IMG/VR virus record: IMGVR_UViG_3300036832_000712
Coordinates: 1-56,295 of that record
Direction: 5' to 3' (one strand)
Source of the DNA: a virus
Taxonomy: Duplodnaviria > Caudoviricetes
DNA length: 56,295 bases
Of this stretch, positions 1 to 8,017 are shown piece after piece. Under the pieces are notes generated by a model. That model was not told the DNA's origin, did no database searches, and saw only the letters and a program-made list of their open reading frames with translations. Positions within the stretch are counted from its first letter, which is position 1. Each line of letters starts with the position of its first letter. The translations under genes and the position numbers were made by a program.

Positions 1-1
1 T

Positions 2-613
2 GGTGGTTGTAGGGCGGACACGCCCGCGACTACTGGGAAGTTTTATTGGGAGTTTACGTTCGTTTCTGGTAATGTAACTCCGATGCTGGCTGGGTATGGC
101 TTGGCAAGCATTAATTTCTCCAGTTTTGGTTCTGGCAACACAACAGGTGCTACCACTGTTGCCAAAGCTGGCAATATAAATGTCAACAATGCAAATCCCA
201 CTGGAAATCCAAGTTTAGGTGTTCGTGCCAATGGCGACATTATCGGTGTTGCAATTGACATTGCCGCCAAGCTGATCTGGTTTCGTGTTGCTCCGTCTGG
301 AAATTGGAATGGCAGCGGTACAGCCAACCCGGTGACCGGGACAGGTGGGGTTGACATCACGTCCATAGTGACGGGTCCGCTGTATCCTATCGAGGGCATC
401 AATGGTGTAGGTGCGATTACAGCTAATTTCGGTGCTAGCGCCTTTACTGGTGCCGTGCCATCCGGATTTGTATCGGGATTTTCACCGCCACCAGTCAAGC
501 AACTCCTTCAGGTTACTTTCACCCCGCAGGTCGCCGGTCGCCTCCGCGGTCTCGTCAAGCTGGGTAAGCCGTCGATCCCAGTGTGGGTTAATCCGCAGAT
601 TGCGGTGACGTAA
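2..613 (+). CDS. Tail/virion protein, C-terminal part, with SPRY-like beta-sandwich domain (5' truncated)
   Basis: The frame is open from position 2. It contains GKFYWEF, GDIIGVAIDIAAKLIWF and ANFGASAF motifs typical of SPRY domains in phage tail proteins. Confidence 0.65.
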   Translation, partial: GGCRADTPATTGKFYWEFTFVSGNVTPMLAGYGLASINFSSFGSGNTTGATTVAKAGNINVNNANPTGNPSLGVRANGDIIGVAIDIAAKLIWFRVAPSGNWNGSGTANPVTGTGGVDITSIVTGPLYPIEGINGVGAITANFGASAFTGAVPSGFVSGFSPPPVKQLLQVTFTPQVAGRLRGLVKLGKPSIPVWVNPQIAVT

Positions 614-617
614 AGCC

Positions 618-2195
618 GTGGCCAAGTCCACCTATGTCATTTCCTCGCAACGCGCTGGTGTTGGTTCGGTAATCATCACCGAAACGACGCAAAAGACTTT
701 TGTCACTCCGGTTTCCATTTCAAAGGAATCTGCGATCGTCGGCGGCGCGGCCGAGATGGATGGCCAGGCGCAGGTGCAATTCGCTGGTGCTCTCGCTCAG
801 CCCGGCGCAGCGTGGATGGACGGGCAGGCTCAGGTAGCCTTCTATAGCGCCGTCGTGGGCGCTGCGCAGATGAATGGCCAGGCTCAGGTGCTGTTCACCG
901 GCGCAAGCCGGGCCTACGGCGTGGCCAGGATGGATGGTGCTGCTTCGATGGCTGCGGTCGGAGACAGCAGCGGGTCAGGTTCGTTCACTACTGGCATGCT
1001 GCAGAATCTTCGTATGCAGGACCTTATAGGCGTCGGGATCGTGCAGACGCTCGATGATGCTATTGTCGCGTCTCACAGCAGCAAGACGCTGACGCAGTAT
1101 CACTGGAATGCCGTCAACCGGATTTTTATTCACTCGTCTCCGACTCCGATTTACAGCTGGATCGCGGTCTCGGTGCAGAATCTGACCGTGAGCCTTGGCG
1201 CATCGGAGAAGTTCACCTGGGGGCGGGAGCTGGTGCAGGCGCTTCGTGTCAGCGCTGCCGCAGGTGTTCAGGGGATATACAAGAAAGCTTTGGCGCAGCT
1301 GTTCAAGCTCAGCGACATTGGCGGCTTGAGCCACACGCTTCCGCTTATTCTGACTCAGAGCATCAATCTGTCGTTGTCGTTGGCTGGCGGAATCAGCCTG
1401 AAGCTGCTGCAAAAGTTCCTGATAGCGTCAACATCATCGCCAGCGTTTACATATCACTTCGCACTCGCTGGTCGAGTGATCATCTCGCCTTTCATTGATA
1501 AGCTGTTCTTCGCGCTGATACAGCAGCTGTTCACCGTGCAGCCTGTCATAGGGCGGAAGTTCATCGCGGGCGGTTCCCTGGCGCAGCTGCTGACCGTTCA
1601 TCTGGCGCTCAACAACAAGTTGGTCCTCCAGCTCACCGGCGACCTCACTCTGAGCCTGGACCAGCTGGTGCACATGCTCTACAAGGGCGACCCGCTTCTT
1701 GACGAAGTGGTGATTACCGCGTTGTACATCAGCCCATCGGGGACGACCACGACCTGGGCGGTGAACACCAGGACCAATGCGGTCACCGAGTATATGAACT
1801 ACAACTTCAACTCTTTCGCCCTCCTGAATGGAAGGTACATCGCCTCCAGCCCAGCCGGGCTCTATGAGCTGGATGGCGACACCGACAATGGCACGTCGAT
1901 CATCTCCGAGCTGATGAGCGGGTACTTCCAGTTCAACGAAAAGAAGATGTTCGGTATCAAGGGCGCGTATGTTGCGATCCGCGGCGGCGGTAGGTTCTAT
2001 CTCAAGCTGATCTCAGGTGATGGACGTGAGTACGTCTACGAGCTCAAGGCACAACCAAACTTCATGACGACCAAGGTCAGAATCGGCAAGGGCATAAAGA
2101 CGACCTACATGGCTTTTGACCTCGTGACCGAGGGCCAGGACTTCGATCTCGACTCGCTTGAGTTCATCCCGATGACGAGCGGAAGGAGAGTATGA
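618..2195 (+). CDS. Virion structural (tail-associated) protein
   Basis: 525 aa with GAAxMDGQAQV repeats. The C-terminal WAVNTRTNAVTEYMNYNFNSFA segment resembles podophage tail proteins; tail operon context. Confidence 0.55.
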   Translation: MAKSTYVISSQRAGVGSVIITETTQKTFVTPVSISKESAIVGGAAEMDGQAQVQFAGALAQPGAAWMDGQAQVAFYSAVVGAAQMNGQAQVLFTGASRAYGVARMDGAASMAAVGDSSGSGSFTTGMLQNLRMQDLIGVGIVQTLDDAIVASHSSKTLTQYHWNAVNRIFIHSSPTPIYSWIAVSVQNLTVSLGASEKFTWGRELVQALRVSAAAGVQGIYKKALAQLFKLSDIGGLSHTLPLILTQSINLSLSLAGGISLKLLQKFLIASTSSPAFTYHFALAGRVIISPFIDKLFFALIQQLFTVQPVIGRKFIAGGSLAQLLTVHLALNNKLVLQLTGDLTLSLDQLVHMLYKGDPLLDEVVITALYISPSGTTTTWAVNTRTNAVTEYMNYNFNSFALLNGRYIASSPAGLYELDGDTDNGTSIISELMSGYFQFNEKKMFGIKGAYVAIRGGGRFYLKLISGDGREYVYELKAQPNFMTTKVRIGKGIKTTYMAFDLVTEGQDFDLDSLEFIPMTSGRRV

Positions 2196-2362
2196 TGCAG
2201 AACCTGGGCTTAGTTCTCTTGGTGTTCGGCTTCGTATGTGCCGTGCTGGCCACGGTGCTTGGTCCACAGATGGGCCGGTTTCATCTTGGCTGGGCGGCGA
2301 TCGCGTTCTGGCTGGCCGCTGAAATTTTTGGCGGGGTCGGACGCCTGTTCAGCTCGCACTAA
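2192..2362 (+). CDS. Small two-TM membrane protein (holin-like candidate)
   Basis: Not in the ORF track. MMQNLGLVLLVFGFVCAVLATVLGPQMGRFHLGWAAIAFWLAAEIFGGVGRLFSSH; GGAG RBS and ATGA overlap with the upstream stop. Confidence 0.55.
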   Translation: MMQNLGLVLLVFGFVCAVLATVLGPQMGRFHLGWAAIAFWLAAEIFGGVGRLFSSH

Positions 2363-2368
2363 CCCGCT

Positions 2369-2806
2369 ATGGCGCAGAAGCCTCCGGCATGGGCGCGGCC
2401 TGGCCAGGTAGGCCAGGTGCCGTTGATGCTCAGCCGGGACATCGACATGTCCAAGGTTGCCGCTGGAAGCGGCGACGTGCGTACACTCGCCGAGCAGATA
2501 GTCCGATCGCAGCAGACAGCCATCAATCGGTTCGTGGCGGTGCAGCGGCAGCAGATCGAGCTTGGGGAAAGAGACGTTCACAATGCCAGGCTCCCTCTGG
2601 ATGACATGGAGGTTTACTACACGAATGTGCAGGGCCTTGAGCGGATGCACTACCACATCCGGCCGAAGGTTCCGACGCCGGAGCCTGAGCTTGAGCCTGA
2701 GCCTGAGGTACCAGCGAAAGAAGAGCAGGTACACGGCACGCCGGATTTCCTGGAGGTGGATATACCGATCGGCTTGGCTGTCGAGTTCTTCGATGGAGCG
2801 GATTGA
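2369..2806 (+). CDS. Hypothetical virion-region protein
   Basis: 145-aa ORF tiling the operon; its end overlaps the next start. Confidence 0.55.
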   Translation: MAQKPPAWARPGQVGQVPLMLSRDIDMSKVAAGSGDVRTLAEQIVRSQQTAINRFVAVQRQQIELGERDVHNARLPLDDMEVYYTNVQGLERMHYHIRPKVPTPEPELEPEPEVPAKEEQVHGTPDFLEVDIPIGLAVEFFDGAD

Positions 2807-4413
2807 TGAGCTACCTGATGTTGTCGGATGGCGTCCTCGATTTTTCCAAAGCGGTGATTTCGTTCTGGTTCCGGGTGCCGCAGGAATCCATTGACAAAGT
2901 TAACGCAGCGTGGACCGGCGAGGACGGAGTGTTGCTGAATGGGATCATACCGCTGGTGGTCATGGGCAAACGTGGAACTGGTCAAGTGCCGTATCAGCTC
3001 AACCCGAGTCAGACTGTGCTATATAGTTTTGACTCGGAAGGGTGGATAAATACAACCGGCACTGTATTCAGTTACATATATTTGGGGACTGGTGGAAGAT
3101 GTGTGGTTTATTCGCCAGACAGCCCTGAGGTCGAGGGTCATTGGGATACCAACATTGGCGCGACTATTACCTCTTTCCAGACAAGTTACAGTTATGCGCC
3201 GATCACCAATACGCAGCCTTCCGGGTCTGCACCAGCGCGGAACCCGACTTGTATCGGCATAGATTGTAACGGAATCAATCCCTGCCTGTACGTCAATTTT
3301 GAAACCGCGATGCAGGCGGATATATCCAGTTTTGCCTATGAACTGCAAAGCATCGTGCCTGGGCACGAATTTCAACCCGCTGGGACTATTCAACAAGGCA
3401 CCTTGATCGAGCGATGGTGCGCGCCGCCTATTGGGTTGTTGGTTGACCAAATTCCTGGATCGGTAATTACTATTTCCGATACCACTACGACGGTTGGAGA
3501 TGGTGGTCCATCTGTTGTTACCGATCCAGAATATAATTACGTGGACATCACCGATGTTTCCATCAACGGGACTGGAGCAATCACCAGCAATGTTATTCCG
3601 GTCAGTGCGGATACGTGGCATCACGTGCTGGTTTGTATAGACCTCAAGACAGAGCAGACGCATGGTGTCTCATCTGATTCGGACCCTGTACCGCCTGCAG
3701 TCCCCATTTCGACATATGTCGACAGTGCTTCACAGCTTTACGTGGCGCTGGACGATGTCAACTATACCGGGTGGGACCTTTCTAATAACTGGAACTGGGG
3801 TGGCGATCCCAACGAAGTGCTCACCAATAATGCCTGGAACGTTGCAGGGACACGCCTGAACTATGATCGTGATGGTAACGTGCTCGGTGAGGCAGCAAGC
3901 TATACTCTTACCGATCCAACTGTGCCGAGCGACGGTCAGCCGCTGGGGGTTCCAGGGACCGCAGACACGGTCGATAACATCTACCACGTGGAGATGGCCG
4001 AGTTCGTGATGTTCCCTGGCGTTACGCTCGACACCAGCATCGAGAAAAACCGCCGTTTGTTCATTACTAACAAGGACAAGGAGGGGCGGCAGTTCCCGGT
4101 CAATCCAACACCAACCATGATACCAATCTCCAAGTTGGCGATTGGTGATCCTGCGACCTGGGAGCCTGGTGCTGACACGCCAGCTTTCGTACCGCCGCTG
4201 TCGGCGCTCGACCCCAGCAACATGAGCAGCGGGAACAAGCAGCTGGGCATGCCGGCTGTTGACTTTACGAAATCCAGCATGAACTGGATGGCAGGGCATA
4301 ACCTGGGCAGCGCCAAGGGTAAGGTTGTCAGGACCGGGAAGATCAAGGCATACTCCCCGGACCCCTCACTGAGTAGCGACGCCACCCCTGGTGACGGCAC
4401 TTCTGGAGGCTAG
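2803..4413 (+). CDS. Tail protein with LamG/concanavalin A-like segments
   Basis: ISFWFR and DTWHHVLVCID motifs; lower-GC central region. Confidence 0.55.
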   Translation: MMSYLMLSDGVLDFSKAVISFWFRVPQESIDKVNAAWTGEDGVLLNGIIPLVVMGKRGTGQVPYQLNPSQTVLYSFDSEGWINTTGTVFSYIYLGTGGRCVVYSPDSPEVEGHWDTNIGATITSFQTSYSYAPITNTQPSGSAPARNPTCIGIDCNGINPCLYVNFETAMQADISSFAYELQSIVPGHEFQPAGTIQQGTLIERWCAPPIGLLVDQIPGSVITISDTTTTVGDGGPSVVTDPEYNYVDITDVSINGTGAITSNVIPVSADTWHHVLVCIDLKTEQTHGVSSDSDPVPPAVPISTYVDSASQLYVALDDVNYTGWDLSNNWNWGGDPNEVLTNNAWNVAGTRLNYDRDGNVLGEAASYTLTDPTVPSDGQPLGVPGTADTVDNIYHVEMAEFVMFPGVTLDTSIEKNRRLFITNKDKEGRQFPVNPTPTMIPISKLAIGDPATWEPGADTPAFVPPLSALDPSNMSSGNKQLGMPAVDFTKSSMNWMAGHNLGSAKGKVVRTGKIKAYSPDPSLSSDATPGDGTSGG

Positions 4414-4416
4414 GCC

Positions 4417-6372
4417 ATGCCGTACATAGCGCCGATCATATGGGGCGACCCGACATACATGTTCTACGAGTCCCAGAAGCTCGTGGGACTTGCCGAGCAG
4501 TACATTCAGCAGCTTGAAGCGCAGGCTGGCCAGCTCGCGGCCCCTACGATCAACGTAAACTTCCCGACCGTTACCATGCCGCCGGTACCGTCCCAGACAC
4601 CTGAACCCACCCTGCAACAGGTGACCTGGACCGTCCCGGGGCAGCCGCCGCCGTTCTCCGGAACGGTGGATACGTCCGGGCTCATTATCGCGCCTTTCAC
4701 GGGAACACCTCCGACGTTGTCGTTCGGCACTCCGCCGGCACCGTTTGCGGACGCCGCGCCTGCTGCGCCTACTACCAACCTGGACTTCACCTATCCGACC
4801 GTCGCGGTCACATTGCCCGATCCGCCGAGTCTGATGACGCTCGACACGGTGAACTTTCCGACGATCGTGATCCCCGCTTTCAGCGGGGATGTGCCTGCGT
4901 TTTCAGCGCAGGCGCCGGGGCCGTTCAACTATACGCCGGGCGCGCTCTATACGTCGCAACTTCTGACGGACCTGGAGACTGAGCTCGATCTGGCGATCAC
5001 CACCGGCGAGTACACGACGCTCAATAAAGCGGTCCAGCAGGCGCTGTGGGACGCCGGCCGCGAGCGCGAGTACAAGCAGCAGGCCGCGGCGTTAGCCGAG
5101 CTGAATCGGATGGAGGTGCTTGGTTATGCGTTTCCGCCAGGTGTGTTCGTCGACGCCAGGATCAAGATACAGACCGAGACAAACTATACGATTGCTGGCT
5201 TATCGCGCGACATCATGACCAAGCAGGCTGAGCTGCAGCTTGAGAACATCGGCAAAGCCAGGGAAGAGGCTGTCAAGTTGGAGTATAGGTTAATTCAATA
5301 CGCCAACGAGACTGCGCAGCGCACCTTCGAGGCTGCCAAGTACGCGACCGAGTCGGGGATAGCCCTCTACAATGCAGCAGTGCAGGCGTACACCGCGGCG
5401 CTGGAAGCGTACAAGACTCAAGCGTTGGTCTACGACACTCAGATCAAGGGACTCATGGCGCAGGTCCAGGTGATTCAGGCGCAGATCGAGTACGAGAAAA
5501 CCAAGGCAGATATCAACACATCCATTGTCAAGCAGTACGAGACCGAGGTCCAGGCCGCCGAGGCGGTCTTGCAAATCTATAAGACTCAGGTTGAGATCAT
5601 CCAGACTCAGGCCAGCGTCGAGAAGATCAAGGTCGAGATTTACGGTGAGGAAATCAAGGCGTTCGTCGGCCGGATCAATGCCTACACCGCCGAGGTCGAG
5701 GGCTACAAGGCGAGCATAGAGGCGCAGGCGACGATCGAGAGTGCATTCAAGACGTCGGTCGATGCCTACACCGCCGAGGTCAATGCCAACGTGGCGCAGA
5801 TCAACGCCCGGGTCGCTGTATTCCAGGCCCAGGTGCAGAGTTATCAAGCGCAGCTTGCCGGCTACGATGCCGCTATCAAGGGCATGGTCGGGCAGGCCCA
5901 GGCTGCGTCCTTGTTCAATACTGCCACGGCAGAAGTGTTCAAGGCCCAGGTCGCAGCAATAACAAGCTACAATCAGGTGCTGACTTCGCAATGGCAGGCG
6001 GTGCTGAGCGAGCAGGCGCAGATCACGCAGATCGCGGTGTCCGCCGCCAAGGCCAACGGCGATCTCTACATCTCGGCACGTGGCTTGTCGCTTGACGCTT
6101 CCAAGGTGGGCGCGCAAGTCTGTGCGCAGCTTGGTGCAGCAGCCTTGGGAGCGATCAGCTGGCACAACTCATCGCAGTGGTCGTCGAGCATGAGTTCGAG
6201 TGACAGCGATAGTAACAGTTACAGTCAAAGTTTCAGTCATAGCACCAGCGAAAGCACCAGCACCAGCACCAGCACCAGCGACAGCAACACCAACCAGACC
6301 AGCGACATCAACGAGAGCATCAACTCGGTAGCCGACAATACCAACACGAACTACAACTCAAGTGTGGGTTAG
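4417..6372 (+). CDS. Virion structural protein with long coiled-coil and Ser/Thr-rich tail
   Basis: 651 aa: Pro-rich N-terminus, Ala/Gln/Tyr heptad-like region, SSSMSSSDSDS tail; GGAGG RBS. Confidence 0.55.
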   Translation: MPYIAPIIWGDPTYMFYESQKLVGLAEQYIQQLEAQAGQLAAPTINVNFPTVTMPPVPSQTPEPTLQQVTWTVPGQPPPFSGTVDTSGLIIAPFTGTPPTLSFGTPPAPFADAAPAAPTTNLDFTYPTVAVTLPDPPSLMTLDTVNFPTIVIPAFSGDVPAFSAQAPGPFNYTPGALYTSQLLTDLETELDLAITTGEYTTLNKAVQQALWDAGREREYKQQAAALAELNRMEVLGYAFPPGVFVDARIKIQTETNYTIAGLSRDIMTKQAELQLENIGKAREEAVKLEYRLIQYANETAQRTFEAAKYATESGIALYNAAVQAYTAALEAYKTQALVYDTQIKGLMAQVQVIQAQIEYEKTKADINTSIVKQYETEVQAAEAVLQIYKTQVEIIQTQASVEKIKVEIYGEEIKAFVGRINAYTAEVEGYKASIEAQATIESAFKTSVDAYTAEVNANVAQINARVAVFQAQVQSYQAQLAGYDAAIKGMVGQAQAASLFNTATAEVFKAQVAAITSYNQVLTSQWQAVLSEQAQITQIAVSAAKANGDLYISARGLSLDASKVGAQVCAQLGAAALGAISWHNSSQWSSSMSSSDSDSNSYSQSFSHSTSESTSTSTSTSDSNTNQTSDINESINSVADNTNTNYNSSVG

Positions 6373-6384
6373 GAGTGACACATC

Positions 6385-7872
6385 ATGCCTTTTGGACCTC
6401 CCCCGGGTTTTCAAGAACTCCTGGCTAAGCAAGTCGAGGGTAAGTATCAGGCCAATACGGCCGAGGCTTATCAAAGAAGGGAAGAAGCCCAGCAGGTTGC
6501 GGCGAACGCCGCGTCAACGCGCGCACTGCAGGGAGCCCAGGGTGGCTATTACGGCGCCGAAGCCTACAAAGCCGGGCAGGAAGGCCAGCAGGTTGCGCCG
6601 AATGCTGCGTCACTACGAGGGCTGCAAGGCGCCGAGACCCAGTTCAGGGGCGCACAAACAGATACTGAAAGAGCCATGCTGCAGTATGGCTATGAACCTG
6701 GCCTCTTGTTGCATGACCAGCTTATGGGCAGGGGGATGTTGTCGCAGGGGCAGCAAGGCTCGCCGACTGCGCCGCAGACGCCGTGGTCGCAATCGCCATC
6801 GCTGCTGAGGCCGCCACCTCCGTCTTCGCCACTGTCTTCGTTTGCACCATTGACCCGGCCGAATCCTCTGGGTTCGAGCTTGAGCCCGGGCTTCCGCAAA
6901 GGCACCGCCAACGTCAAGGGCAAGGGCAAAGGTGCAGGCGGCGGGGGTGGCAAGAATGGCAAGGCTGGTGGCGGAGCGCCACCGCAGGGACTCGAAGCCA
7001 TGCTGCCGGCGCTCATGGCGGCGTCGCAGACCAGCCAGATGGGAGGGGGTGCCGTGGGCCCACAGGCGGCCGACCCTACGCAGCCCATGGCGCCGGGCGC
7101 CGCGGCGCCTCCTGGCTACGTCCGGGGGATGGCAAACGTGCGGGGGTATGCGGAAGGTAACGAGAACATCCCGTTGCCAACCCCTCCCCTAGGCGGCGGG
7201 GGTGACACCCGCATCTACATGCCAGGAGCCATTCATCACGAGCCCACGCATATGGCGGGGTCGGGACTGGTGTCAGGAGCTGGGCCAGTGTCGGGGGAGG
7301 GGCCGGTGTCGGCAGGAGGACCAGTGTCGGCAGGAGGACCAGTGTCGGGAGCTGGGCCAGTGTCGGCAGGAGGACCAGTGTCGGGAGCTGGGCCAGTGTC
7401 GGCTCGGAAGGGCGCCACCGACGTCAAGGCACCTCCAGGGAAAGCCAAGGGCAAGAGCAAGGGCGCCAGCACCAATCTGCCCAGGGGGCTGGCGGCACTT
7501 TTACCTGCGCTCATGGCAGCGGCACAGGGAGGCGGTGGAGGCGGCGCAGGCCCGCAGGCGGGGGCGCCCATGGCACCCGGGGGTGCTCCGCCCATGGCTC
7601 CTGGTCCCCAGCCTCCCGGGCCTCCTGGCTTCGCCCTGGGCGTACCCAGCGTGCAGCCGATGTCTGGTTATCCTTTCGGCGCCGGCTACCTGTTCGGCGC
7701 GACCGCGGTGCCCGGCCAGGGCTCCGGGACGGTCGACAAGGTGCCAGCTATGCTGGCACCGCACGAGGCGGTGCTCAACAGAGCCGCTGCCGACCTCATG
7801 GGCCGCGGCAAGATTGCGGCGCTGAACGCCCAGGGGGCGAGGCAGATGGGGCTGCGGCGTGGAGCTGCCTGA
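6385..7872 (+). CDS. Putative internal virion/DNA-ejection protein
   Basis: Gly/Pro-rich. The C-terminal PGQGSGTVDKVPAMLAPHEAVLN motif resembles those in ejection and tape-measure proteins; AGGAG RBS. Confidence 0.5.
   Translation: MPFGPPPGFQELLAKQVEGKYQANTAEAYQRREEAQQVAANAASTRALQGAQGGYYGAEAYKAGQEGQQVAPNAASLRGLQGAETQFRGAQTDTERAMLQYGYEPGLLLHDQLMGRGMLSQGQQGSPTAPQTPWSQSPSLLRPPPPSSPLSSFAPLTRPNPLGSSLSPGFRKGTANVKGKGKGAGGGGGKNGKAGGGAPPQGLEAMLPALMAASQTSQMGGGAVGPQAADPTQPMAPGAAAPPGYVRGMANVRGYAEGNENIPLPTPPLGGGGDTRIYMPGAIHHEPTHMAGSGLVSGAGPVSGEGPVSAGGPVSAGGPVSGAGPVSAGGPVSGAGPVSARKGATDVKAPPGKAKGKSKGASTNLPRGLAALLPALMAAAQGGGGGGAGPQAGAPMAPGGAPPMAPGPQPPGPPGFALGVPSVQPMSGYPFGAGYLFGATAVPGQGSGTVDKVPAMLAPHEAVLNRAAADLMGRGKIAALNAQGARQMGLRRGAA
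7264..7407 (+). repeat. 18-bp coding tandem repeat, 8 units (GPVSAG/GPVSGA)
   Basis: gggccagtgtcggcagga-type units are visible directly. Confidence 0.85.
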
Positions 7873-7888
7873 TGGTGATAAGCCTCCG

Positions 7889-8017
7889 ATGAGCCGGAGT
7901 GCCGCACGTGATCTTGCCGATCGCCTTGAGGCTGGCGAGCCGGTCATCAGATCGGCGGATGAAAAGCGGCTGATCGTCGCCGCACTCAGATACTACGGGC
8001 GGCGCGACGTGCGCTAG
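7889..8017 (+). CDS. Small hypothetical protein (42 aa)
   Basis: MSRSAARDLADRLEAGEPVIRSADEKRLIVAALRYYGRRDVR; its stop overlaps the convergent primase stop at CTAG. Confidence 0.4.
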   Translation: MSRSAARDLADRLEAGEPVIRSADEKRLIVAALRYYGRRDVR